The notes: generated by a model not told the origin, from the letters alone. Counted from the first letter of the stretch, positions 29,783 to 39,495 are shown. The stretch is DNA of 64,000 nt from SAR324 cluster bacterium REDSEA-S27_B3 (GCA_001627865.1 LUQO01000038.1:10941-74940), one strand, 5' to 3'. Program-made: numbers and translations.

Positions 29783-31153
29783 ATGAACCTTAATCAAAAT
29801 ACAGCTGAACTGCAGCGACTTGACAGTCAGCACTATCTGCATCCTTTTACTGATCCAAAAGCCCTTCTGGAAAAAGGGGCCAGAGTTATTACACGTGCTG
29901 AAGGAATATATCTGTGGGATTCTGATGGTAAAAAAATTCTTGACGCCATGGCAGGGCTTTGGTGCGTGAATGTGGGCTACGGCCGGGAAAAACTGGCTCG
30001 CATTGCCTTCGAACAGCTGCAGGAGCTGCCCTATTACAACAGCTTTTTCAAAACCACTCATCCTCCGGCAATTGCATTGGCTGAAAAACTTGCAGAGGTT
30101 ACGCCTGAGGGGCTGAATCAAGTGTTTTTTACTAATTCAGGCTCAGAGGCAAATGATACTGTGTTGAGAACTACTCGACGTTACTGGCGGTTACTGGGGC
30201 AGCCTGAAAAAAGAATTATCATCAGCCGCAAGGAAGCATACCATGGAAGCACGGTTGTAGGAGCAAGTTTAAGCGGCCAGAATATTTACCATGAAATGGA
30301 TGGACTACCCATTCCTGATATTGAACACATAGAATGTCCTTATTGGTTTGTAAACGGTGGAGAACTTTCGCAGGATGAGTATGGATTAAAAGCCGCCCAT
30401 GCATTGGAAACTAAAATCAAAGAACTGGGGCCTAATCGAGTAGCAGCTTTCATTGGCGAGCCTGTTCTTGGAGCTGGCGGAGTAATTGTTCCTCCGGATA
30501 CATATTGGCCTGAAATTCAAAGAATTTGCAAGAAATACGATATCCTGATGATAACAGATGAAGTTATCTGTGGATTTGGACGTACAGGAAGTTGGTTTGG
30601 TTGTGAAACTTACGGTGTTCTTCCGGACATAATGCCTATTGCCAAGGGCCTTTCTTCCGGTTATTTACCGATTGGCGGTGTGATGATAAGTGACCAGATT
30701 ATGGATGTGCTGGTAGAAAAAGGTGGTGAATACGCTCATGGGTTTACATATTCAGGACATCCCGCTGCATGTGCGGTCGCATTGGAAAATATAAAGATTA
30801 TTGAGGAAGAAAAACTGGTTGAAAAAGTGGCAAACGAAACCGGACCGCATCTGAAAAAACGCTGGCAGGAATTTGAGGATCATCCACTTGTGGGCGAAGT
30901 CAGAAATGTGGGTATGCTGGGGGCTCTTGAGTTAGTTGAAGACAAAGCTGCACGCAAACATTTTCCAAAAGATAAAAAAGTTGGGAACCTTTGCAAAGAC
31001 ATTTGTTTTGAAAACAACATAGTTATGCGTGCCGTAAAAGACATTATGGTGGTCTCACCTCCTTTGACAATAACTGTTCAGCAAATCGATGAAATGCATG
31101 ATTTAGTAAAACTGTGCCTGGATCAGACAGCTGATAAGTTAGGGATAAGTTAA
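29783..31153 (+). CDS. class III (omega) aminotransferase, putrescine/omega-amino acid--pyruvate aminotransferase (SpuC-like)
   Basis: ..HYLHPFTDPKAL..GARVITRAEGIYLWDSDGKKILDAMAGLWCVNVGYGR..FFKTTHPPAI..SGSEAND..DEVICGFGRTG.., very close to the SpuC/beta-alanine-pyruvate transaminase pattern as I recall it. ATG 29783 is preceded by AAGGA. Confidence 0.85.
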   Translation: MNLNQNTAELQRLDSQHYLHPFTDPKALLEKGARVITRAEGIYLWDSDGKKILDAMAGLWCVNVGYGREKLARIAFEQLQELPYYNSFFKTTHPPAIALAEKLAEVTPEGLNQVFFTNSGSEANDTVLRTTRRYWRLLGQPEKRIIISRKEAYHGSTVVGASLSGQNIYHEMDGLPIPDIEHIECPYWFVNGGELSQDEYGLKAAHALETKIKELGPNRVAAFIGEPVLGAGGVIVPPDTYWPEIQRICKKYDILMITDEVICGFGRTGSWFGCETYGVLPDIMPIAKGLSSGYLPIGGVMISDQIMDVLVEKGGEYAHGFTYSGHPAACAVALENIKIIEEEKLVEKVANETGPHLKKRWQEFEDHPLVGEVRNVGMLGALELVEDKAARKHFPKDKKVGNLCKDICFENNIVMRAVKDIMVVSPPLTITVQQIDEMHDLVKLCLDQTADKLGIS

Positions 31154-31189
31154 ATAAGTGAAGTAAATTTGAAAACGTTCTTCATTTGA

Positions 31190-33265
31190 TCATATCTTAA
31201 CACGTTCCCGTAAGAAAGGAACTTCCTCCTGCGGTTCAGCCTCGAGTTCTCTAGCTGCAAGGTGGCCTGAGTAAACTGCTGCTGCTATTGTTGCAGGAGC
31301 ATGGCAGTCACCAATACACCTGATGGTCTTTATTCCTGCCTTAGAGATCTTTTCTGGCTGCTCCTGCAGAAAACAAAAAAGCTCATCATTAGGGAACCGT
31401 TCTGTAACCAGTACCAAGCTGTCGCAAGCTGTTTCTGTGCGACTTTCTGTAACAACACAGGAAAGCTCAACCATTCCGTCATTTACCGTCACGAGCTCTG
31501 TCTGTGTGGAAAGTTCGACACGAAGTTCCATCAATTTTTTTTGAATCTGCTCCTGTTCAAGGGTATATTGAGTCCAGATGGATATTTGAGGCGCAGGTGT
31601 TACCAGCAAAACTTCATGACCTACGCTTCGCAGTTTTTCAGCAATTACACCTCCCAGGTAGTAATGGTCATCATCATACACCACAACACGTCCCTGAACT
31701 GACGCTCCATCCATTATATCATCTGGAGTAAATACAGGAATATTTTCCAGTCCCGGAATTGGCTCACGATGATTCTTTCCAATCCCGTCATTTCGCCAGG
31801 TTGCTCCTGTTGCCAGCAAAACATGTGAATAGTTGAATTGATCTTTTGCGCTGAACTCAATTATTTCCTCCGAGCTTATTGGATTTTCACAGTAAACAGT
31901 CACCTCAGACAAACCTTCCAACATTTGCACCCTGTAGTCACGGACTCTTGCCCATTCAGCAAGTCCCGGAAGATGGCTTTCGCTGTTTACACGTCCCCCA
32001 AGCTCAGAAGTGGCTTCGGCCAGCATCACTCTGTACCCACGCTGACCGAGCGCAAGTGCGCATTCAAGTCCGGCAGGACCTCCGCCTACAACAAGTACTC
32101 CGTCATCACTTTTTCGTGGTTCAATTCTTTCCGGATGCCATCCGCGTCTCCATTCCTCACCCATAGTGGGGTTCTGTGTGCAGCGGATAGGAACAGAAAT
32201 CTGGTCACTCATCACACAAATATTGCATCCGATGCATTCCCTGATTTCATCCATTCGTCCTTCTTCTATTTTTTTGGGAAGAAAAGGGTCCGCAATGGAT
32301 GGGCGTGCAGCGCCAATCATGTCCATCACTCCGCGCTTAATTTGTGAAACCATGGTGTCAGGAGATGTGAAACGTCCTACACCGACTACAGGCTTTGATG
32401 TCAAAGATTTAACAAAGCTGATATATGATTCCTGGTAGCCTTCTGCTTCAAATCGTGAAGAAGCCGAATCAATGCTCCATTTGCTGATATTCACATCCCA
32501 CAGATCAGGCAATTCAGCAAGCATTTCCACAATTTCTCTGCCTTCATTTTCTGAAGTGATTCCCATTGGTCCCAGAAACTCCTCAACTGCAAAACGTACC
32601 GCAACAGCACAGCTGTCTCCTACAGCGTCTTTTGTCTCTTCAATTAATTCACGAAAAAGGCGTACACGATTTTCCAGGCTTCCCCCGTATTCATCTGTAC
32701 GCTTGTTAATCCTGCGAGAAAGGAAGTGAGTTAAAAGCGTACCGCTGTGTGCGGCATAGACGTAAATCAGGTCAAAACCCGCCTGTTTTGCTCTGAGAGC
32801 GGCTTTACGATGCCATTTCCGAAAATTAATGATATCGGTTTTGTCCATTGCACGGGCCTGAACAGGATCGTAGCTGCTGACTGAAAGCGCACTGGGAGCA
32901 ATGGGAGGGATTCTGCTGTAGTTGTTTGAACTGCAGTAACCACCATGCTGAAGTTCTATTCCTGCCAGCGAACCATGTTTGTGAACTGCTTCAGTCATTT
33001 TTTCCAAAGCAGGAATATCGCCGTCATCCCATAGTATTCCCTCAGCATGAGGCACGATTTCAGCGGTGGGATGAATCCAGACTTCCTCTGTACAGACCAC
33101 GCTCCAGCCGCCTTCAGCTTTGACTTCACGCATGGCGGCAAGGCTGTTTGGTTGTACATATCCCATTCCGTTGCAGTGCGGAACCTGATAAAAACGATTG
33201 CGGGCAGTGACCGGACCAATTTTTACTGGCTCAAAGAGAATATCAAAACGTGGATCTCGCTTCAT
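31190..33265 (-). CDS. trimethylamine/dimethylamine/histamine dehydrogenase-family iron-sulfur flavoprotein (amine dehydrogenase)
   Basis: N-terminus DPRFDILFEPVKIGPVTARNRFYQVPHCNG (Cys for 6-S-cysteinyl-FMN), 4Fe-4S motif CIGCNICV...CTQNP, then GxGxxG (VVGGGPAGLE). 691 aa, OYE-like barrel plus two nucleotide-binding domains. Confidence 0.85.
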   Translation of the reverse strand: MKRDPRFDILFEPVKIGPVTARNRFYQVPHCNGMGYVQPNSLAAMREVKAEGGWSVVCTEEVWIHPTAEIVPHAEGILWDDGDIPALEKMTEAVHKHGSLAGIELQHGGYCSSNNYSRIPPIAPSALSVSSYDPVQARAMDKTDIINFRKWHRKAALRAKQAGFDLIYVYAAHSGTLLTHFLSRRINKRTDEYGGSLENRVRLFRELIEETKDAVGDSCAVAVRFAVEEFLGPMGITSENEGREIVEMLAELPDLWDVNISKWSIDSASSRFEAEGYQESYISFVKSLTSKPVVGVGRFTSPDTMVSQIKRGVMDMIGAARPSIADPFLPKKIEEGRMDEIRECIGCNICVMSDQISVPIRCTQNPTMGEEWRRGWHPERIEPRKSDDGVLVVGGGPAGLECALALGQRGYRVMLAEATSELGGRVNSESHLPGLAEWARVRDYRVQMLEGLSEVTVYCENPISSEEIIEFSAKDQFNYSHVLLATGATWRNDGIGKNHREPIPGLENIPVFTPDDIMDGASVQGRVVVYDDDHYYLGGVIAEKLRSVGHEVLLVTPAPQISIWTQYTLEQEQIQKKLMELRVELSTQTELVTVNDGMVELSCVVTESRTETACDSLVLVTERFPNDELFCFLQEQPEKISKAGIKTIRCIGDCHAPATIAAAVYSGHLAARELEAEPQEEVPFLRERVKI

Positions 33266-33753
33266 GATCTGGAAAATATTAATAATGTTGTATGCAAAAT
33301 CAACCTTTCAGGAAAATCAAGGCAGACGATATTGTGAATGTTTTAAAAGTTCAGAATTGTGGAAAAATGATCAATATAGATTACAACGTATTATTTAGAG
33401 CACAAGTCTCAAATCGGTAAAAAATAAGTTGTTTAAGTAAGTTTTTAATGAGAATTATTAACAAATTCCTTAATCAGATATTAGTCTTCAATTGGCCTGA
33501 TTTGAACAGTAAATAAACATCTTTGAATTGCAGTAAATAACAAAGATATTTTAAAATTTTACTTGTATATTCAGTATGATGTATATTATTAAATCATTGT
33601 TGTTTATGATAAAAATAGTTTGCATATGTATTTGAGTTGATTTAATGTTAATTCGTTATTACCAAATTTATTTAAGTAACAGGAACTCTGATAAAGGGTA
33701 CATCCTGCGGAAGGAGTTTTTCAAAATCAGGGACTGTTATGTTGCTTTGGCGT

Positions 33754-33769
33754 TGGCAATTTTCATGCA
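33754..33769 (+). promoter_or_regulatory. candidate sigma-54 (-24/-12) promoter upstream of the GS-like gene
   Basis: TGGCAattttcaTGCA with consensus GG/GC spacing, about 60 nt upstream of ATG 33830. Shares GGCA(A/C)TTTTCATGCAGGAT with the site at 23659. Confidence 0.4.
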
Positions 33770-33829
33770 GGATATTTAGTGCTTCCTATCCTGCTTATAC
33801 ATAACTTTTTGTTTCGGAGAGTCAGAATA

Positions 33830-35194
33830 ATGAACAAAGAACTTCTTTCAGAAGCAGAAATATTTCTTAAGCAAAATCCTGATATTAAAGAGTTTGACCT
33901 GCTGCTTCCGGACATGAACGGAGTACTGCGCGGAAAACGGATTCTCCGTGACAAACTTCTCAGCATTTACAAAAAAGGTTTCTATTTTCCTGCCTCAGTT
34001 TTTGGTATGGATGTTACCGGAGAAACATTGGATGAGACCGGACTTGGTTTTGAAAGCGGCGATATGGATAATCCTTGTTTTCCTCTTGAACAGACATTAA
34101 ATGTTGTTCCATGGCAAAAGGAACGAGGGCAATTGCTGCTTAGAATGTATGAAGCTGACGGTTCAGTATTTTACGCAAATCCACGTGAAGTGCTGAAATC
34201 GATTTGCTTAAAAATGGCAGATTCGGGATGGAATTCAGTAGTGGCAATAGAAATGGAGTTTTTTCTTACCGACCCAAAAAGACGTCCGGGCCAAGCTCCG
34301 CGGCCTGCTAAATCACCTGCTACAGGACAGCGGGAAAGTGAAGGACAACTTTATTCATTGACCAGCTTGGATGAATACGAATCTTTTTTAAAAGACATAT
34401 CTGACGCAGCGGACAAACAAAATGTTCCCGCAGACACCGCCCTCGCTGAACTATCTCCCGGACAATTTGAGATAAATCTGCATCATGTTCCGGACGCGAT
34501 TCAGGCCTGTGATCACGCAATTTTGCTAAAGCGCATCATCCGCAGTATCGCACAAAAACATGAAATGGAAGCCACGTTTATGCCCAAAATATATCCGGAT
34601 TTGCCTGGAAACGGTACCCATGTGCACATCAGTTTGCTTGATAACAAAGGTAAGAATGTTTTTCAGGGAAGTGATTCTTCAGGAAGTCCGGAGTTGCTGC
34701 ATGCAGTCGAAGGATTACGCAGCGTGATGCGGGAAAGTATGCTGATTTGTGCACCTCACGCTAATTCATATCACCGTTTCCAAAACGACTCCTGCGCCCC
34801 GGTCAATACATCATGGGGCTACAACAACCGCACAGTTTCCATCCGGATTCCTGCCAGCGAAGGTCCTGACACGCGAATTGAACACAGGCTAGCAGGTGCA
34901 GACGCGAATCCTTACTTACTTGTTTCGGCTCTGCTGTCCGGAATACTTCATGGATTGAAAATCAACAATGATCCCCCACCGCCTGAGAAAGGGAATGCCT
35001 ACCTGCATACTGAATCTGAATTGCCTCAGACATGGGAAGAGGCAAGGAATCTTTTTGAACAAGCTGAGATTTTGCCGCAGTATTTTGGCAAAGAATTTTG
35101 TCAATTATTTACAAACTTAAAAAAAGGTGAACAAGCACGATTTTTCAGCAATATTGCACCCCTTGAATATGAATGGTATTTGAAAACAGTTTAG
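33830..35194 (+). CDS. glutamine synthetase-family ligase (gamma-glutamyl-polyamine/alkylamine synthetase, PuuA/PauA/GMAS-like)
   Basis: GS catalytic-domain blocks ..SPGQFEINLHH.., ..GNGTHVHISL.., ..NNRTVSIRIP.., ..RIEHRLAGADANPYL... About 454 aa with no GlnA adenylylation-loop context. Start at the ATG at 33830. Confidence 0.8.
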   Translation: MNKELLSEAEIFLKQNPDIKEFDLLLPDMNGVLRGKRILRDKLLSIYKKGFYFPASVFGMDVTGETLDETGLGFESGDMDNPCFPLEQTLNVVPWQKERGQLLLRMYEADGSVFYANPREVLKSICLKMADSGWNSVVAIEMEFFLTDPKRRPGQAPRPAKSPATGQRESEGQLYSLTSLDEYESFLKDISDAADKQNVPADTALAELSPGQFEINLHHVPDAIQACDHAILLKRIIRSIAQKHEMEATFMPKIYPDLPGNGTHVHISLLDNKGKNVFQGSDSSGSPELLHAVEGLRSVMRESMLICAPHANSYHRFQNDSCAPVNTSWGYNNRTVSIRIPASEGPDTRIEHRLAGADANPYLLVSALLSGILHGLKINNDPPPPEKGNAYLHTESELPQTWEEARNLFEQAEILPQYFGKEFCQLFTNLKKGEQARFFSNIAPLEYEWYLKTV

Positions 35195-35310
35195 TCATCA
35201 TTCTGAACATTTTTTGATTACTAACCGCTTTACAATGAACTTCCTCATGTTTGCTTACATTACGAAATAAATACTAAAGTAAAAAACCTCGCACTTAGTC
35301 AAATCTTTTG

Positions 35311-36918
35311 ATGCCTGCTTTTAAAACAAAAATTGATTCCCACTCTGCTGAATATCAAAGTAACGCGGAGCACATGAAGAAGTTGGTTGACGACCTTCAG
35401 GAAAAACTTCAGAAGTCTTCGCTGGGTGGAAGTGAAAAAGCCCGAAAAAAACATTGTGAGAGAGGGAAACTTTTACCACGAGAAAGGGTACGTTTGTTAC
35501 TTGACTCGGGCAGTCCGTTTTTAGAGCTGTCCCCTCTGGCGGCGCATGAAATGTACGATGATGATGTACCTGCCGCCGGAATAATTACTGGTGTTGGCCG
35601 TGTATCCGGAAGGGAAGTTGTTATCGTGGCAAATGATGCGACGGTCAAGGGTGGAACATATTATCCAATAACAGTCAAAAAACATCTTCGTGCACAGGAA
35701 ATTGCGCTTGAAAACCGTCTTCCTTGTCTCTACCTCGTTGATTCCGGAGGTGCTTTCCTGCCAATGCAGGATGAGGTTTTTCCCGACCGGGACCATTTTG
35801 GACGAATTTTTTATAATCAGGCAGAGATGTCAGCAAAAGGGATTCCCCAGATTGCGCTGGTGATGGGCTCATGTACTGCGGGCGGAGCGTATGTTCCAGC
35901 TATGAGTGATGAAAATGTAATTGTCAAACAACAGGGGACAATCTTTTTAGGAGGGCCGCCACTGGTCAAAGCCGCAATAGGACAGACTGTGACAGCTGAG
36001 GAATTAGGCGGCGGAGAAATCCACAGCAGGATCTCAGGAGTTACTGATCATCTTGCTGAAAATGACAAACACGCAATCAGCATTGCACGAGAAATAGTTT
36101 CAGGACTGAACCGTAAAAAAAATATAACGGCAGAGACAAAACCCGCGGTTGATCCGCTTTATCCTGCTCAGGAACTGCATGGTATTTTGCCCACAGATAA
36201 CAGGCAGTTATATGATGTTCGGGAAGTAATTGCACGACTTGTTGACGGATCTGAATTTAGCGAATTCAAACAACTTTACGGAACAACACTGCTAACTGCT
36301 TTCGCGCACATACATGGTTATCCGGTGGGAATAGTTGCAAACAATGGTATATTATTTTCTGAGTCTGCTCTAAAGGGGACTCACTTTATAGAATTGTGTA
36401 ATCAACGAATAATTCCATTGATTTTTCTGCAAAACATAACCGGCTTCATGGTTGGCAAGGAATATGAGCATGGCGGAATTGCCAAAGACGGAGCAAAAAT
36501 GGTGACAGCTGTCTCCTGCGCTAAAGTTCCAAAGTTTACTGTAATCATCGGAGGTTCACATGGTGCAGGGAATTATGGTATGTGCGGCAGAGCTTTTGGG
36601 CCAAGGATGCTCTGGACATGGCCCAACGCGCGCATTTCTGTAATGGGAGGAGAACAGGCCGCCTCTGTTTTGGCAACAGTAAGGAGAGAAAATATAGAAT
36701 CCTCAGGGAAAAAATGGAGCGTGGATGAAGAAGAAAAATTTATGCGTCCCATACTGGAGCAATATGAAAAACAGGGACATCCTTATTATGCCACTGCACG
36801 TTTATGGGATGATGGCATTATCAATCCGGAAGATACAAGGATGGTTCTGGGGCTGGCACTCTCTGCAGCGTTCAATGCGCCTGTTGAACAAACTGATTAT
36901 GGGGTGTTCAGGATGTAA
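35311..36918 (+). CDS. acyl-CoA carboxylase carboxyltransferase (beta) subunit, methylcrotonyl-CoA carboxylase-like
   Basis: Typical MccB/PccB N-terminus (..[35 protein letters not shown]..) and two carboxyltransferase halves (..[15 protein letters not shown].., ..GIVANNG..). ATG at 35311 directly follows a TTG. Confidence 0.8.
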   Translation: MPAFKTKIDSHSAEYQSNAEHMKKLVDDLQEKLQKSSLGGSEKARKKHCERGKLLPRERVRLLLDSGSPFLELSPLAAHEMYDDDVPAAGIITGVGRVSGREVVIVANDATVKGGTYYPITVKKHLRAQEIALENRLPCLYLVDSGGAFLPMQDEVFPDRDHFGRIFYNQAEMSAKGIPQIALVMGSCTAGGAYVPAMSDENVIVKQQGTIFLGGPPLVKAAIGQTVTAEELGGGEIHSRISGVTDHLAENDKHAISIAREIVSGLNRKKNITAETKPAVDPLYPAQELHGILPTDNRQLYDVREVIARLVDGSEFSEFKQLYGTTLLTAFAHIHGYPVGIVANNGILFSESALKGTHFIELCNQRIIPLIFLQNITGFMVGKEYEHGGIAKDGAKMVTAVSCAKVPKFTVIIGGSHGAGNYGMCGRAFGPRMLWTWPNARISVMGGEQAASVLATVRRENIESSGKKWSVDEEEKFMRPILEQYEKQGHPYYATARLWDDGIINPEDTRMVLGLALSAAFNAPVEQTDYGVFRM

Positions 36919-36935
36919 TCTATTGTGTCTGGAAC

Positions 36936-36951
36936 TGGCTTGAATTCTGCA
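36936..36951 (+). promoter_or_regulatory. candidate sigma-54 (-24/-12) promoter upstream of the lipoprotein-deacylase-patatin genes
   Basis: TGGCttgaattcTGCA with consensus GG/GC spacing, 78 nt upstream of ATG 37029. Confidence 0.35.
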
Positions 36952-37028
36952 TTCAGCTGAGATAGCATTGCCTTAATCAGGGGACATTTGCAAAATTTTC
37001 CAGCACAATAACAGCCCGAGCAGTTCAG

Positions 37029-38576
37029 ATGATTTCTTTAAAAAATTTCACTCTATCTTTAATTTCGGTTTTATTCACGCTTGTATTATTCCTGAACAGT
37101 TGTTCTGAAAAAAGTGAATATGGTGACGCAAGCGATTATGAAAAAAAAGGAGCTTCCGATCTCAACAGTCCTACCATCTCATCAGTAAGTCCTGCAGACA
37201 ATTCTACTGGAGTTGCAGTCTCCACCACTATTGTGGCAACATTCAGTGAAAAAATGTCAACAGGCAGTGTTACAACCAATACAAGCGATACAACCTGTTC
37301 TGGCAGTTTTCAGCTGTCATCAGACAATTTTACCACTTGCGTTAAAATGTCTGCCGCTCCGTCAGCTTCTAACAGTGACAAGACTTTTACCTCAACCCCT
37401 GCTGATAATCTTAGCATTTCAACTACATATAGACTCAGGATCACAACCTCTGTAAAGGATTCAGGCGGCAATACGCTTGCGGAAGCATATACAACTAATG
37501 GTTTCACTACTACCGGATCCTCAGTCATCAGGGGCAGAGTCCTAAAGGAGTCCGACAACAGTGGTTTGCCAGGTGTCAGTGTAAGATATACAATTTCCGG
37601 GACTACTGGTGATAGTACAACAGACAGCAGCGGAGATTATAGTTTTTCTTCATTGAGTGCAGGCAATTATACACTTTCTTATTCAATCAGCAACTATGAT
37701 AATGCCAGCCAGGCTGTAACATTGGCAACAGATAATGAGACAAAATATGTTACACCTCTGAAAATGCTCTCAACCAGCGAATGCGCAAGTTCAGCTACAG
37801 TTTCCGGAACGATAACAGATGCTACAAGCAGCAGCATAACTGTTTCCGGTGTTTCCATGAGTTTTCGCGAAGGAGTTAATAATACAAGCGGGACAGCGGA
37901 CTATACTGCTACTACCGATGGCTCAGGTGACTATTCACTCACCATGAATCGCGGCTGGTATACTGTGCAGACATCCGTATCAAATTACATAGACAGCACA
38001 TTCTATGTCCTCTCCTGCGGAAACCAAAGCGGGCAGAACTCATCCATATCAAAAGAGTTGAGCAGCAACAGCATGCGTATTGTGCTGTCCTGGCCCGCAG
38101 GAAGTACGGCTACAGATCTGGATTCACACCTGCAGATACCTGACAACGCAAGCAGCACATTTCATGTTTATTATCCGTCAGCAAATAAAACGTTTTATTA
38201 TTCCACTAACAGTGCGACCTGCAGTGGTTGTGATACCAGCGACAATGTTACACTTGACAGAGACGAAAATGCTGGCACTGGTGCTCCTCCTGGGACTGAA
38301 ACAATATCTATTGCTAATGTAAAAAGTGGGGAGACCTACAGCTACAGTGTTCATGATTACACTAATGGATATCAGAAAGATAATGCAAGCAGTACTAAAC
38401 TGGGTGACTCCGGTGCAACTGTTACAATTTACTATGGAAGTAATACACCAGAAATCATCACCGTACCCATTGTTGCAGGGACACTATGGAGAGTCTTTAC
38501 TTTTACTGACAGCGGTGGTGTGCAGGAGGAGGAAAGTACTCTGAGCCATCTAAAAACACCATCTGCAGTATATTAA
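37029..38576 (+). CDS. surface/secreted multidomain lipoprotein (SbsA-Ig/Big_5-like + carboxypeptidase-regulatory-like + DUF2135-like C-terminal domain)
   Basis: Lipobox (LFLNSC). ..ISSVSPADNSTGVAVSTTIVATFSEKM.. (Big_5 pattern). ..IRGRVL..GLPGVSV..TDSSGDYSFSSLSAGNYTL.. (CarboxypepD_reg pattern). C-terminal ..RIVLSW...TDLDSHL...LDRD...G.GPE.. resembles the YfaP/DUF2135 fold pattern. Confidence 0.65.
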   Translation: MISLKNFTLSLISVLFTLVLFLNSCSEKSEYGDASDYEKKGASDLNSPTISSVSPADNSTGVAVSTTIVATFSEKMSTGSVTTNTSDTTCSGSFQLSSDNFTTCVKMSAAPSASNSDKTFTSTPADNLSISTTYRLRITTSVKDSGGNTLAEAYTTNGFTTTGSSVIRGRVLKESDNSGLPGVSVRYTISGTTGDSTTDSSGDYSFSSLSAGNYTLSYSISNYDNASQAVTLATDNETKYVTPLKMLSTSECASSATVSGTITDATSSSITVSGVSMSFREGVNNTSGTADYTATTDGSGDYSLTMNRGWYTVQTSVSNYIDSTFYVLSCGNQSGQNSSISKELSSNSMRIVLSWPAGSTATDLDSHLQIPDNASSTFHVYYPSANKTFYYSTNSATCSGCDTSDNVTLDRDENAGTGAPPGTETISIANVKSGETYSYSVHDYTNGYQKDNASSTKLGDSGATVTIYYGSNTPEIITVPIVAGTLWRVFTFTDSGGVQEEESTLSHLKTPSAVY

Positions 38577-38589
38577 TTCTCTCTTCAGC

Positions 38590-39495
38590 ATGGGGCAGAA
38601 ATTTACACATGAAACACTACCGCTGCACAGCACTGCCAGTAATGCAAAATTTGAGATAGATGTCTGGCATTATAATCACCCGGAGGCAACTCAGACAGTT
38701 TACCTGCAGGGTGGAATTCATGGCATTGAACTGACAGGGATTCCGGTTGTACATGAATTCATAAAAGAAATTGAAGCGCATCAGCTGGCTTACAATTTCA
38801 TTTGTGTTCCTCTTTCAAATCCAATGGGCCTGGACAGCCAGATTATGGGCGTTCAAACCGGCTACAACAACATACACACCAACCAGCAAAACTGCTGGAA
38901 CTGGAACAGGATTACCAATTTAAAGGACGAACCAAGCCAGGAAGGACATTGGATCAGGACATTGCTTGATTTGTCTGACCCCGCGGATTTGGTCCTTGAT
39001 CTGCACACCGCCGGTGTGGAGACTGTTCCACATATCTACTATCACGAAACACAAAAAGAATTTGCCGCAGGATTAGGGATACCTCACATACTTGCATGGA
39101 GCACTCCTTCATATAGTTTTGCAGATACAAATTGCCAACGTGGAAAAGTTGCCCTTACTTTTGAGCTGTCCTCAAGCCGCAGTGTTCGTGCTGAGTGGGT
39201 TGAAGAGAGCTTGAGATATTTACGGCGATTTTTTGGACTGCTACCCAAAATTGAACAATCAAAAGTCTGGCAGGTAGAAACACAGCTCAAAAAATGGTAT
39301 TCTCCTGCAGGAGGAGTACTGTGCTGGCACAAGGACGCTGGTGATTCTGTTTCAGATGGTGAATTAATTGCTACACTTTACACACGCAAAGGAAGCGTTG
39401 AACTACAATCACCATATACAGGTGTACTGTTGCTGAAAAATCCTGTACACGCGCCACATGAACGACAGGAACTGGCAAAGTTCCTGGTGGAATAA
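38590..39495 (+). CDS. succinylglutamate desuccinylase/aspartoacylase-family (AstE/AspA, M14-like) zinc hydrolase
   Basis: Zinc-ligand pattern ..LQGGIHGIELTG.. (HxxE) and ..VLDLHTA.. (third His). 301 aa. 13 nt downstream of the lipoprotein gene. Confidence 0.7.
   Translation: MGQKFTHETLPLHSTASNAKFEIDVWHYNHPEATQTVYLQGGIHGIELTGIPVVHEFIKEIEAHQLAYNFICVPLSNPMGLDSQIMGVQTGYNNIHTNQQNCWNWNRITNLKDEPSQEGHWIRTLLDLSDPADLVLDLHTAGVETVPHIYYHETQKEFAAGLGIPHILAWSTPSYSFADTNCQRGKVALTFELSSSRSVRAEWVEESLRYLRRFFGLLPKIEQSKVWQVETQLKKWYSPAGGVLCWHKDAGDSVSDGELIATLYTRKGSVELQSPYTGVLLLKNPVHAPHERQELAKFLVE

Noticed and set aside
33688-33733. CGGAAGGAG segment flanked by a CTGAT/ATCAG inverted repeat upstream of the GS-like gene, considered as a glutamine (glnA) riboswitch.
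   Set aside because: Only a partial resemblance to one conserved block. The AAGGAACGC-type second block and the pseudoknot partners are not evident. It also lies upstream of the putative sigma-54 promoter, so it would not be in the leader.
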